Shown here: in pieces, positions 46,305-58,755 of the stretch
How the letters are laid out: each line of letters starts with the position of its first letter
How positions within the stretch are numbered: position 1 is the first letter of the stretch
Assembly (NCBI GenBank): GCA_002269645.1
Contig: NIVC01002764.1
Coordinates: 1-64,000 of the forward strand
From: Macrostomum lignano
Lineage: Eukaryota
DNA length: 64,000 nucleotides
Direction: 5' to 3'
Notes under the pieces: generated by a model
The model's database searches: none
Seen by the model: the letters and a program-made list of their open reading frames with translations, nothing else
Told to the model about the DNA's origin: nothing
Translations under genes and position numbers: made by a program

Positions 46305-46865
46305 ATTAGAATCGGCCGCCAACCCGTAAATCGTGCATAGCCAATTAGAATCGGCCAACAACCCCAAAATTGGGTATAACCAATTAAAATCGGCCGGCAA
46401 CCCCTAAATCAGGCACAGCCAATTAAAATCGGCCAAAAATCCCTAAATTGGGCACAGCCAATTAGAATCAGCCGCCAACCCCTAAATCGGGCCCAGCCAA
46501 TTAGAATCGGCCGCCAACCGTTTAATCGGACACAGCCAATTAGAATTGGCCGCCAACCGTTTAATAGGGCACAGCCAATTAGAATCGGCCACAAACCCCT
46601 AAATCGGGCCCAGCCAATTAGAATCGGCCGCCAACCGTTTAATCGGACACAGCCAATTAGAATTGGCCGCCAACCGTTTAATAGGGCACAGCCAATTAGA
46701 ATCGGCCACAAACCCCTAAATCGGGCACAGCCAATTAGAATCGGCCGCCAACCCCTAAATCGGGCACGGCCAATTAGAATCGGCCGCCAACCCCTAAATC
46801 GGGCACAGCCAATTAGAATCGGCCGCCAACCGTTAGCCCCCGACAGAACCAATTAGAATCGGCCG
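46305..46865. repeat. 39-bp minisatellite, ~14 copies, just downstream of the SCAMP stop
   Basis: Unit AGCCAATTAGAATCGGCCGCCAACCCCTAAATCGGGCAC. Confidence 0.93.
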
Positions 46866-46928
46866 ACGGCCGCTACCCCAAATCTAATCAGAGCCAATCA
46901 GGGAAGCAGTCAGCACACGATTGTCAAA

Positions 46929-49900
46929 TTAATAGCGACCGCCGCCACCGCCGCTACCGCCACCGGTGAAGGCGGACCGGGCAGACACGGCGGCGGCGTC
47001 GGCAGCAGCTCCGCGAACAGCTTCGTTGGCCAGCACGCCTTGACTGAACTCCTGGCGCGCTTTGGCAAAGCTGGCACCGGTGCTTCGGTAGATGCGGTGC
47101 ACCTGCAGAGCGGGCAGAGCGGGTTGCTCAGATAGAGAGTGAGGAGAAGACAAGGTACATGAAAAGGTTGAATGCTCAATTAAGAGCCGAGGCCTCACCC
47201 GGACCAGCAGGGCCATGTCCAGTCCCGCTAGGGCAGTGAAGCACAGCGCAATGAGCAGCATGAACATGCCAACTGCTGTGCTCTGCTTCATCATGACGAA
47301 GGCGTTAATCCAGCCGCAGCTGCCCAGATAGTCGAGGCCCAAGCACTGGATGGCCAGGATGCCAAACTGGACGAAGAACATCACGAAGAATAGAAAAAAG
47401 TTGAAGCTGCTGTCGTTTCTGAAATGGTGGTTTTTTATTCGATATAAACCAGTTAGGATCAGTAAGGACTTTACGAGGACTCTATGCTCAACTAGAGGAT
47501 TCAGATTTTTTATTGAGGGTTTAAGATAAAATTGAGGATGACAACTTCCCAGCAACTGAGAATTTGGAAGGAGGGTGACGGTGGCCCAGCAACTGAGGAT
47601 CTGAGAGGGTGGCGGTGGCCCCAGCAACTGAGGATCTGAGAGGGTGGCGGTGGCCCAGCAACTAAGAATCTGCGAGGGTGGCGGTGGCCCCAGCAACTGA
47701 GGATCTGCGAGGTTGGCGGTGGCCCCAGCAACTGAGGATCTGCGAGGGTGGCGGTGGCAGACCAGCAACTGAAAATGATCCAGTGAGGGAATCTGAGAGT
47801 CCGGAAACTCAGCCTGAGCGCTCACTTAAAGGCCTTGTACAGCGGGCGGAACCAGCACACGTAGGAGGCCGGTACGAATGCTACGCAGACGATTAGAGAC
47901 ACGCCAAAGACGGTGCCAGCGTTGGTCTTGCCCGCCTGCACGCCAATGAAATAGGCCAGCGTGCCAAGAATGTTCACCAACAGTAGGCACACGTGTGCCA
48001 GCCACAGGTAGTAGGACAGGCGCACCAGGGAGCGGAACTCCGACGGGATGTCCACGTCGATGTCCTGGTAGAAGCAGGGGCCCACCGGGGAGAAAGCTGG
48101 CAGCGGTGGCCAGTTGTTCTGCCGAACTGCGGGGATTCGGGATGGTGGAGAAAGCAATCAACAGTATATATTTTCTTTGGCTCATTAGGCTGCAAGATTT
48201 TCATGATAAGTCGCCTGTTTTTAAATGAGAAATGATTGGCGAGTCATCGCTGAGAATCTGAGAAATGATTGGCAAGTCATGCCTGAGGATCTGAGAAATG
48301 ATTGGCGAGTCATGCCTGAGGATCTGAGAAATGATTGGCAAGTCATGTCTGAAGATCAGAGAAATGATTGGCAAGTCATGTCTGAAGATCTGAGAAATGA
48401 TTGGCAAGTCATGTCTGAAGATCTGAGAAATGATTGGCAAGTCATGTCTGAAGATCTGAGAAATGATTGGCGAGTCATCGCTGAGAATCTGAGAAATGAT
48501 TGGCAAGTCATGCCTGAGGATCTGAGAAATGATTGGCAAGTCATGCCTGAGGATCTGAGAAATGATTGGCAAGTCATGTCTGAAGATCTGAGAAATGATT
48601 GGCAAGTCATGTCTGAAGATCTGAGAAATGATTGGCAAGTCATGTCTGAAGATCAGAGAAATGATTGGCGAGTCATCGCTGAGAATCTGAGAAATGATTG
48701 GCGAGTCATCGCTGAGAATCTGAGAAATGATTGGCAAGTCATCGCTGAGAATCTGAGAAATGATTGGCAAGTCATGTCTGAAGATCTGAGAAATGATTGG
48801 CGAGTCATGCCTGAGGATCTGAGAAATGATTGGCAAGTCATGTCTGAAGATCTGAGAAATGATTGGCAAGTCATGCCTGAGGATCTGAGAAATGATTGGC
48901 AAGTCATGCCTGAGGATCTGAGAAATGATTGGCGAGTCATGCCTGAGGATCTGAGAAATGATTGGCAAGTCATGTCTGAAGATCTGAGAAATGATTGGCA
49001 AGTCATCGCTGAGAATCTGAGAAATGATTGGCAAGTCATGCCTGAGGATCTGAGAAATGATTGGCGAGTCATGCCTGAGGATCTGAGAAATGATTGGCAA
49101 GTCATGCCTGAGGATCTGAGAAATGATTGGCGAGTCATGCCTGAGGATCTGAGAAATGATTGGCAAGTCATCGCTGAGAATCTGAGAAATGATTGGCGAG
49201 TCATGCCTGAGGATCTGAGAAATGATTGGCGAGTCATCGCTAAGAATCTGAGAAATGATTGGCAAGTCATGCCTGGGGATCTGAGAAATGATTGGTGAGT
49301 CATGCCTGAGGATCTGAGAAATGATTGGCAAGTCATGTCTGAAGATCAGAGAAATGATTGGCGAGTCATCGCTGAGAATCTGAGAAATGATTGGCAAGTC
49401 ATCGCTGAGAATCTGAGAAATGATTGGCGAGTCATGCCTGAGGATCTGAGAAATGATTGGCGAGTCATGCCTGAGGATCTGAGAAATGATTGGCGAGTCA
49501 TGCCTGAGGATCTGAGAAATGATTGGCGAGTCATGCCTGAGGATCTGAGAAATCATTGGCGAGTCATGCCTGAAGATCAGAGAAATGATTGGCGAGTCAT
49601 GCCTGAAGATCTGAGAAATGATTGGCGAGTCATGCCTGAGGATCTGAGAAATGATTGGCGAGTCATGCCTGAAGATCAGAGAAATGACCAACGAGTCTCT
49701 CACATCCGCCAGCCGGACCGCCAGGACCAGATGAGGCCATCTCAGCTTCCCTCCGTCGCTGCTCCTCTTCGCGGCGCTCAAGTTCGCGCGCTTTCGCTTC
49801 TAACTCTCGCTGGCGCCGCTCCAACTCCTCCGAGGTGATGCGCTGCTGAGCGCTGGCGCTGTAAGCTGGGGGCGGCTGTGGCTGTTGCTGCTGCTGCGGC

Positions 49901-50985
49901 TGGTAAGGAAGAATAGCCGGCTGTGGCTGCTGCTGGGGCTGTGGCTTTTGCTGCTGCTGCTGCTCAGCGCTGAATGGACTGAACTCGTCCATGGCAGCGC
50001 GTGTAGACGAAGGCTGAGAACCTCTGGCCTGCTGCACAGATGGGTCCTGCATTTGAATGTTGAGATCTATTAGGTTACTAATTTATACATTTAAAATATA
50101 GTTTCAAAAAGTTAGCATAGGTATACATACTCATTTTATTGATTTGATTGATTTTGAGTAATAAAGTATTTATTTCAGATAGAGAATCAACAAATATCAA
50201 TCAAATTTGAAATAAAAATAGGTAAATTATAACTAAATATTAATAATTTTAAGATAATGATTATTCAAATGTGTAAGTGACAAAAAGTTGATATATTTTG
50301 TCATAGAAATATAATGGCTCAATCCCATAAAACATTGATTTGATATTATTCTCACTAGCTAAAGAATATGTGTTCAAAATTATTTATTGTAAAAAAATTA
50401 TTTTTAAATATTATATAGGCTAGTATCCTATGCTTTATAAAATTTTTTGAATCCAATATATTGAAACTGACATAAAAATATTGAAATATATTTTGTTTAT
50501 ATTTAGCTGCAATGTAAAATATTGGTAAAAGCAAGATAAATGGTTAAAATATAATAATTACAAATAATATTTGGCAAACTTATAGGCCTAGATATATTTA
50601 TATTTTATACCTTTTATCAACATCTTTTATTATTTGAATATCCATCTACTTATTGTAAAATAGAAAAAATACACAATCATAACCCAGATTGAATTCAATA
50701 GTTATAAAGAAATTCAATTCCAACCAAATTATGCACATCCAAGACTAGTCCAGACTACTTTTATACAAATGAAAACTAGTCTAGACTCCAGACAGGGACC
50801 AATGCAATATTTAAAAAATATTGTATATTATGCACTTATGCATTATAAAAAATAATCAGATACGCTGTTAAAATTATAATAGAAACCTCCTATGAAGTAA
50901 AAAAACTTACCGAAAATGGACTTGTATTTGTATTTGCTTGCATCTGTTTATTTGGGTCAGCAAAGGGATTGTCAAAGTTAGACAT
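46929..50985 (-). CDS. SCAMP: Secretory carrier-associated membrane protein (370 aa)
   Basis: Five phase-consistent exons: 50985-50911, 50046-49704, 48126-47826, 47418-47199, 47102-46929. MSNFDNPFADP, coiled coil EELERRQRELEAKARELERRE, NNWPPLP, PCFYQDI, CWFRPLYKAFKNDSSFNF, YRSTGASFAKARQEF. Confidence 0.95.
47565..47770. repeat. ~35-bp minisatellite (SCAMP intron 3)
   Basis: Unit approximately CAGCAACTGAGGATCTGAGAGGGTGGCGGTGGCCC. Confidence 0.88.
48225..49690. repeat. 33-bp minisatellite, ~44 copies (SCAMP intron 2)
   Basis: Unit GAGAAATGATTGGCAAGTCATGCCTGAGGATCT with 3-4 variants. Confidence 0.97.
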
Positions 50986-51903
50986 AATACCGTTTCCGAG
51001 GTACGTTTAGGTATAAGACGAAGTAAAGTATGAATATGTTTCGAGTATTTACTGCGCAAAATATTTAATGTTTAAATACTTGGACATAGATTTGAACATA
51101 GAATACGAATGAGAGGAGAATAATTTTCTAGTTGCTTTCAGGTGAAATCTACATGAAAACAAAAAGTTAAAATCTAAATTGTACAATATAACAAACTTTC
51201 TTAACATTTAAAGAATTTAAAGTGAATAGCGTTTTAAGAAGTTCATGAAAATGTGTTTTAAACTGTTAAATCTCGTCCTCTTAAAGATTATTATATTAAG
51301 AGCCATGTAAGTGCGATAATTGAAAATTTTGTGGGTTCAATATTGAATATCCAATCTGCATCAAAATCGCAAATACAAAATGCAAATAAAAATCACCCAA
51401 TATACTAAAAAGGAGTCATCTGCTAAGATCATCAGAAAGAGAGACTATCTTGTGACTCTCTTAATATTATATTTAGGCTGTTATAAAGCTTCGTTCAGCA
51501 ATTCACAAGCCCTTTCGTACATACTATAAATTAGTATTTAGAATGTATTCTATTTTATGCCTTTATACTAAGGAGTAACTTCGAATAGACTGTTGTTAAA
51601 TATAAATTATTTTACCTTATTTTCTCAGCCTGTTCAAATTAGTTCGTTTTTTAAACGCGATTTATCAAGTTTTTTAAGTTTGTAGCAAATTAGCTTTTAT
51701 TGCTTAGTGCTTCAATAACTATCTATGAATTTTATGGTTATTATGGTCGTTACATATACCTTCAAACGTGTCTATGCAAGGGGTTGGCATATCTGAAGCA
51801 TACGCTTCATATTACTTGGTCGCTCTAATAGTTAGTTTCAGAATTTTGGTTTTCCAGTCTACTATTCATTATTTGTTTTTTGATTCTAAGATTTATTGAT
51901 TAA

Positions 51904-54900
51904 ATGCTGTTTCAAAAACTGTATGTACATAAAAATTCGTACCATTTCATCAAGGATGACGCTGGTAACCAGCCACCGCAGCCTGCTAATGACACTGCTG
52001 TCACCGAGGCTGCCGAAGACCTCCTTCGGCTGGCGCTGGCCGGCGATGTTGCGGCGTTTAAGCTGGCAGCTGCTCGCTGGACTGGTTTCGGCACCGGCAA
52101 CAACAGTGACTGCGCGCAGCCTCGGCGTCGCCTTAGCGACATTCGCGACTCGCACGGTGCCGGCCTTGTGCACTACGCGGCGAGGTCTGGCGCGCCGGAG
52201 CTTCTCAACTATCTGGTGTCGGAGCTCGGCTTGTCGGCGACGCAACCGGCAGTTGAATTCGGCGACACGCCGGCGCACAACGCAGCCGCCGCAGGCCAGT
52301 TGGCTTGCCTGACCTGGCTGCTGCTGGAGGCCGGAGCTGATCCGCTGGCCCGCGACGCCGAGGGCATGAACCTGCTGCACGTAGCGGCCTACTCCGGCCA
52401 CGCGGCTGCAGTTGAGTGGCTGCTGCACCAGACTCCGTGCTCGGCTGCCGACCAATCGGCTAGCGGGGCCGTGCCAGCGCAGTTCTGCCGGCTCAACGAC
52501 GATGAGACCCTCGGACTGCTGCAACAGCGACAGGTGAGAATGAGAACAGTGGGATACGCTAACAACAGCAACAAAATGCGCTGTGAGTAGGTCTTAAAAT
52601 CAGCATCGCAGAAAGCAGCGCAAACGCAAGCCATGCTCCGGCTCTCGCTGATAGGGTGTCTGCAGAGTCAGCAGCAGCGTCAACCTCCCGCACCAGTAGT
52701 TATGGGCAGTATTTTGCGGCAATTGTGTGTAATAAGTAAAGCCATGATCAAAGTCTCCTCTTCGGCGTGTAGGAGTTCACCGATAAGTTTTCACCTCAAC
52801 CTTCACCAGTTCATGAGGATTGATCAAGCACAGAAAACTAAGGGTGGCAGCTTTAATAGAAATTGGTCTCCGAAAATTACAGTGGTCCTCTATAGGCCCA
52901 CAAGCGCACGGATACATGTACGTACGCAGTCATACGCAATACAGACGCACTCACACAGGAGTGTACAGCGGCGCTAACTTTATTTATCGTTAGGCATGTA
53001 CACTTCACTGTGCCTTGGGGTTTTTGCCTTCAAGGCCGTTAATTGCACGAGCAGAGCCAAGCCGAGATTCTAATTTAGCCTCAACTTAATGTGACTGCAT
53101 TTGGAATCGAGAAGTGTGCCTACTTCTATGGACAACGGGTTGGCTGCATCAGTTGTTTCAGCATCCTGTCTGTGAGATGACATTTGAAACGTTTTCAGCA
53201 CTGGAATGCACTGCTGAAGAAATGCAGCACAGCGTGCAACGGCCAATCGCCTGAGGGAAGATATTAGGCAAGATAGAGCAACCATACAGCAGTTCAGGGC
53301 GTGGCTGCTAGATATTGTTCTCATCTGTTCCTATCTATAGTCAGTCCTCTCCTCTTGACTGCGTTGCTTTTTGTAGCATATAACTGTCCATAAGCTTGCC
53401 CTGCCCATTAGTGTCGCGGCTGCTCGCTCAAAAGTAACACAAACTGCAGGGCAATTGCAGCGGACTCACGGTGATAATTATGGAATATAGACATTGGCGT
53501 AAAACAGGCAGATGGAAAGAGGTGATGGCAATACGTAAAGGGAAAAATAATTGGGGGGAAGGCTTCCAGTATTAATTCAATATTGATTTTTCCTGGGGGA
53601 TGCACTTGACACGCAATTAGCTTCGCATATAATATTTAATAAAATGTGGAGAGCTCTGTATTTGAGTTCAATTAGGCTTTCCAATCGGTACACGCCTGTC
53701 TCTGGGCTAGATAGATTTGAAAAACATTTTAAATAACTTCAGCTGTCACTAATTAGCTAATTAAATGATTCTGCACCCAGAAAAACTTTTTGGTAAATTT
53801 GCGACACACAAGTAAGTCAGTAGGTATGCAAAGTTATGCCCAACAAATAAGATTTGTACTTTCAATTCGATTCCCTTAGAATCGATCAAACACTAACAAA
53901 ACCTCAGTGAAAGCATATAGTGTGATTACTGTGTAAAAAGTGCATAGTAAGATGGAAGATGTAATATAATATTTTTAACTAATTGAGGACACCGCATACG
54001 ATCAATTCCATACATTTTTACCTCTGAACAATAATATTGGTAAAACAACACAGCTACTATTAGTAGGCCCGGGCCCGGATTACTATTGTGAAGTTTCAAA
54101 GAACCCGAGGGTCGAAGAGAAAGGCTTCGCGGGCCGCATTTTATCCGCAAGCCAGAGTTTGCCGACTCCCATGGCTTATACGCTTCCATTAGAATCTGGC
54201 TCGATCGCTCCCCGCAGGTGCCAGGCACTGTCAATGCGACTTCAGTTTCACCAATGACGAGATCAATCTACTCAATACCGGAAGTGCCAGTGTCGCCTTC
54301 ACCGCCGCCACAACGGCAATCAACAATCAGGATGACAGACTCCAGCATCCAGTCAGCATCTCTACCAACGGCTACGCGATCACCATCCGTGATCAAAGGC
54401 ACCGCTGCGGCTGATAAATCAGTTCCAACAATGCCTGTATCGGTTAGTAAAGGTACCGCCGACTCAGAGCTATCGTCAATGAGCAAGGAAACGACAGAAC
54501 TGACAACTGAACTGATGACAGAACTGACAGGTTCCGTCGCGCTGCAGCCAATCACCAAAGGAACCGCCGCCGCTTCAAACATTCCGCCAGCACCCCCGCC
54601 ACCTCCACCACCGGCTCCGCCACTTCCACCTGCAATGATCAAACGGACCGCCTCGACTGTTCCTTCAGCTTCAACTTCACAACAGTCTACAGAGATCAAA
54701 GGAGCCGCTGGCAACTTAGCTATTCCACCAGCACCTCCGCCACCTCCACCTCTAGCATCGGGTTCGCAACAGTCAGTAATGCTTATACGGTCATCAGCTC
54801 CGCCGGTCACCCAGCCAGTCAACAACCAGTGTTCGGTGATTCCTCCAGCGCCGCCGCCTCCGCCCCCGCCCCATCGCGTGGCTCCTAGATTTAAAAAATC

Positions 54901-55333
54901 TTCGGCGGTACGACGGCCAGCAAGTTGCGGCGCTCTGGCCGATGCCGCCATGAAGGGCCCAGTCTCAAAACAGCGGCAGACTCAGCAAGGAGACCTGATA
55001 GCCGAGCTGAAGCGATTCAACAGCGCACATCTAAAGAAACTGCAGCTGGTGGAAGGTCAAGATGACGGCGACAGCTGCAGCGGCTCTGATGTTGAGGAAA
55101 AGAAACAAGACGATGAAGAGAAGGCAGCTGACCAGCAAAAGCGACCGCAACCCTTCGTTGATGAAGAGTCGCAGCAGCAGCCCCGGTGGCTCCGCGAGTA
55201 TCGAGCCCGTCAAGAGGCTCAACGAGCAGCTCGCGATGCTGAGGCGGCCGCCCTCCAACAGGCCGAGGAAGCTCGACTGGCGGGCCTGCCGCCGTGGAAG
55301 CGGCAGCTGCTGCAGCGCCGCATGATCACTTAA
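51904..55333 (+). CDS. Espin/forked-like actin-bundling protein (ankyrin repeats, Pro-rich, WH2-like, C-terminal helical module)
   Basis: Exon ~51904-52533 (start uncertain) with ankyrin repeats LVHYAARSG, TPAHNAAAAG and LLHVAAYSG, donor CAG|GTGAG. Phase-0 exon 54218-55333 with three poly-Pro runs, DLIAELKRFNSAHLKK and EEARLAGLPPWKRQLLQRR, which resembles espin's MPAWRRDLLRKK. Confidence 0.72.
52905..53135 (-). mobile_element. tRNA-derived SINE, family B, CpG-retaining copy
   Basis: Aligns with 1531-1685 (+) and 58540-58755 (-). Confidence 0.75.
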
Positions 55334-57099
55334 GAGCCCCATAAAACAGAAAAAGTGCGAGGTTATAATATGCACTCTGACATTTGACCCTAAAACCGGA
55401 ATAATTTCTGCAAAATGCACAATACAATCAGTTTGAAAAAGCATAAAATTTCGTACACTATATGATTAAATGCATACATGTACATGTAGTTAACCGATTC
55501 GTGTTTCGAGGTTAAATACGCAGTGCAAGGCACAGATTATGTTACCTAGATGTATCACTCCTGCATTTGCTAATTTATTTAGCGGCCGTCTCCGAGGCCC
55601 CCAAAACCGAGGGGTTAGGGCCGCAGACAGTAGCTGCTTCTAATGTCTTGAGCTGCAGTAGAAGCTACAGTCTATGGTCAAAATCCTGGGGTTTTCTCGC
55701 TGCCGCCTGGCGACTGGAGTGGCCCATCTAGGTTAATACAATCTGTGCTGCAAGAAGCCCGCTGTGAATGTCTATGGCTAAAGGACTACGTATGTATTAT
55801 AGCTTTTGACATGCCAAAAATGCGAATTTGGCCAAGCTAGTTGAGACTAAGCTATCTGCTGCATGCAGACACAGATACTCTTATACATAGAAATAGGTCC
55901 ATAGCTTGACAAGCAAATTGTGAATTTGACACGCGAATTGAGAATCACGCTTTTTTGTTGTTTCGCCTTGCTCGTAACCCTACTCTGCATACAAAATGCT
56001 GCATGGTAGCTGAAAAGCTTCCGCCGGCTGGGCCGTTGCCTGACGATGCAGCTATTCTGAACATTGCATTATACGTTGTCCAGTTTCCTGGTTTCTGCAT
56101 TCTGAGCTGCATCCAGCATTGCGCTGTTTCCAGATTTTCTTACAGTTCTGCGTTATGCGCCAACACCAAATAAAGTGGCTCAAGCACGCATCTTTAACTT
56201 CTCTCCTGCGTTGCATTCTCAATTTGCTTGCCAGGCTGTCTATGGTGGCAATGCATATGGACGTTATGTCTGTCTGTGTCTGCATGCAGCAGATAGCCGA
56301 GTCGGCGAGTCTCAACTAGCCTGGCCAAATTCTCATTTAGCATGTTTTAAAAGCTATGATTCAGTGCATGAAGTCAGCGGGCGGCGCGTGGGTGGGCTTT
56401 GATGCGTACAGGAGCTATTTTGAAGTTAACACAGCGCCAAGTGAGGATTTTACCACAGACAATCTCGGCGAGTGTGAAACGCGTTTCGTGTCTGTCCGCT
56501 GATTTTGCACCGAATCAAGGTCTTTTGGCCATAGACATTCTCAGCGGGCGGTCTGCTGTGCGATTCAACCTCATTCCAACACGCTTATCCTGACTACAAC
56601 TCGTCTAAACATTGTTAAAGTCAACCATCACAGAATCAATAGTTACACAGAGCCCTGCAACTTCAGTACAATCGACTGTGTTTTTAAGCGTTCACAGACC
56701 AGATACAGAGTAACTATGTTATACGAGCTAATTGAAAAGACTTGTGTTTAGCGCTTAATCTGCACAGACTGGAACTTGCTCCTGGTGAGATAAATCTTCA
56801 TTTCAAAATAAAAAATACTCTTCAATCAGTCAGTTGCTTTACTGACGACGAAAATATTTTCCAGCTATGAGAAACTGTAATTCAATACTAGAAGCAAAAA
56901 ACCATTTGACTTTTTTGTCCTTGGAGCTGAGACTATTGATCTTAAAAGAAGATCAAAGTCGTAAAGTCTCAATTACAAAAACTTGGCTGTTGACTTTGTC
57001 TGCCTATTTAGAGCCAGGTTCTGCTTTGCTCATTTCCTAGCTCCAACAAGACTCCAAAGTTAATGCGACGCCTAGACTTAATGCGTACAATAACTTCAA

Positions 57100-57411
57100 A
57101 TGGCGACACTACCTCTTGTTGTCATGACAACGTGCCTGCTGTTAGCGACTTCCGGCTGGACAGCAGCGACGCTAATTGAATTATACGGACCTTCGCTGAG
57201 GAACCCGCACTGCCGCTGTTCCGTTACCACAAAAATCACCTGCAACCAAGCCAGGCCTGACCAGCCCTGCCTAACAAAGGTGTGCGTCAATGGGAACAGC
57301 TGCTCAATTCTGGTGGGCTCCATTAGCGACCTGCATCACGTGACAAGCGAGTGCATCAAAGATTTTAACAGTTGCCGCGTGTGCGTGTTCAACAATTGCA
57401 AGACCTATTAA
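57100..57411 (+). CDS. Small secreted cysteine-rich protein (103 aa), unassigned family
   Basis: Single-exon ORF with a hydrophobic signal peptide, 10 Cys in the mature part, AT-rich flanks and AATAAA near 57530. Confidence 0.65.
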   Translation: MATLPLVVMTTCLLLATSGWTAATLIELYGPSLRNPHCRCSVTTKITCNQARPDQPCLTKVCVNGNSCSILVGSISDLHHVTSECIKDFNSCRVCVFNNCKTY

Positions 57412-58050
57412 GCTGACTTTGGATTGACTGCATCAGTACACATTAAAACATACTGCAGCAAATTGGTGAAGTAAATTTACATTACTCCAAATACAAGTTT
57501 GCGATGGTCAGATGCATTGAATACCATAAAATAAATAATTCAACCGATAACTTTAATACTAGTGGAATAGAAATTTCGATATCAACTGCGTACTAAAGGT
57601 GACAAACTCTGCTAATAATTATTCAGTCGGAAAAAATAAGTAAAAGAAGACGATGAAATAACGGAACTCATATTTGGCTATAGTTTTCAATCGCAGCATT
57701 TCTTGGTTATATTGGACTGAAAATGACGGAGTTGTTGACATTCCTACAATTAAAATCAACTGCATATAAACTGTTGCGGTTGGGTGATTTTCTATAACTT
57801 TCTAAAATACTACAAATACTAAAGTTCATTTTTGCAGGGAGACAAGTGGGGTGGCTGTTGTGATGTGATGGAATAATTAATAATGTTTTTCAAGTTTTCT
57901 TGCTACTTTCTACTTATAGTAAGACGACAGTGTTGTTAACAAAACGTGCTTAACAGGTAGGGAGGGTCTATTTGAGTTTATTTGAACGCCACAGGTTTCT
58001 TTAAAATGGTCAGCACTGAGTTGCGCTCTCAAAGCAGCATCTGACTGATT

Positions 58051-58248
58051 CTACAGGCGCTTCTTCTTGAGCTGCCACCAGCCGGCGAACAGGGGAGCCC
58101 CGAAGCCGGTCATGGTGTACAGCAGCATGTTGATTGACAGGCGGGTCTTGTTCTTGACGTTGAATGGCAGCGAGGAGCCGAAGCCGAACGACTCTGATTG
58201 GCGGACAACGCTAGTAGAAAAGGCGCGCCTAGCAACTTGGCCAAACAT
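58051..58248 (-). CDS. COX7C: Cytochrome c oxidase subunit 7C (65 aa)
   Basis: Presequence MFGQVARRAFSTSVVRQS, G..LPFNVKNK, TM with FGAPLF, C-terminal QLKK. Confidence 0.85.
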   Translation of the reverse strand: MFGQVARRAFSTSVVRQSESFGFGSSLPFNVKNKTRLSINMLLYTMTGFGAPLFAGWWQLKKKRL

Positions 58249-58539
58249 GGCTTAGCAATCAATTTGCTGCAATGTTTGTACACATTTTTCTGCAACTTGG
58301 TTATCCAAAAAATCTAAATTTCCAACTCTAGTTTGTTGTAGCATTGGCTATAAAAAGTGTTAAAGTTACCTTCTCTCTTTCATTGGTTTACAAATAAAAA
58401 GCCTGCATTGATGTTTTTTAGATAGTTAAAGATAGATGAGCTGTTGCATCCTGGTGCACTTTGAGCGACTTTGTCACAACCAGCGAGAGGCATTATTACT
58501 CATTCTGCCGACTCCCCTGAGCAGGCACACAAGTCTGTG

Positions 58540-58755
58540 GATATGTATGCAGTCACACGCACAGGCAAACACTCACACAGGAGTGCACAGCGGCCCTGAT
58601 TTTATTTATTGTCAAGCATGCACACTTCACTGTGCCTTGGGGGTTGGCCTACAAGGACATTAATTGCATGAGCAGATCCAAGCCAAGATTCCAATTTAGC
58701 CCCAAATTAATGTGACTGCACTTGGAATCGAGTCTGGGCTGCTAACACATCAGAG
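58540..58755 (-). mobile_element. tRNA-derived SINE, family B, CpG-decayed copy
   Basis: Aligns with 52905-53135 and 1531-1685. Confidence 0.75.
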
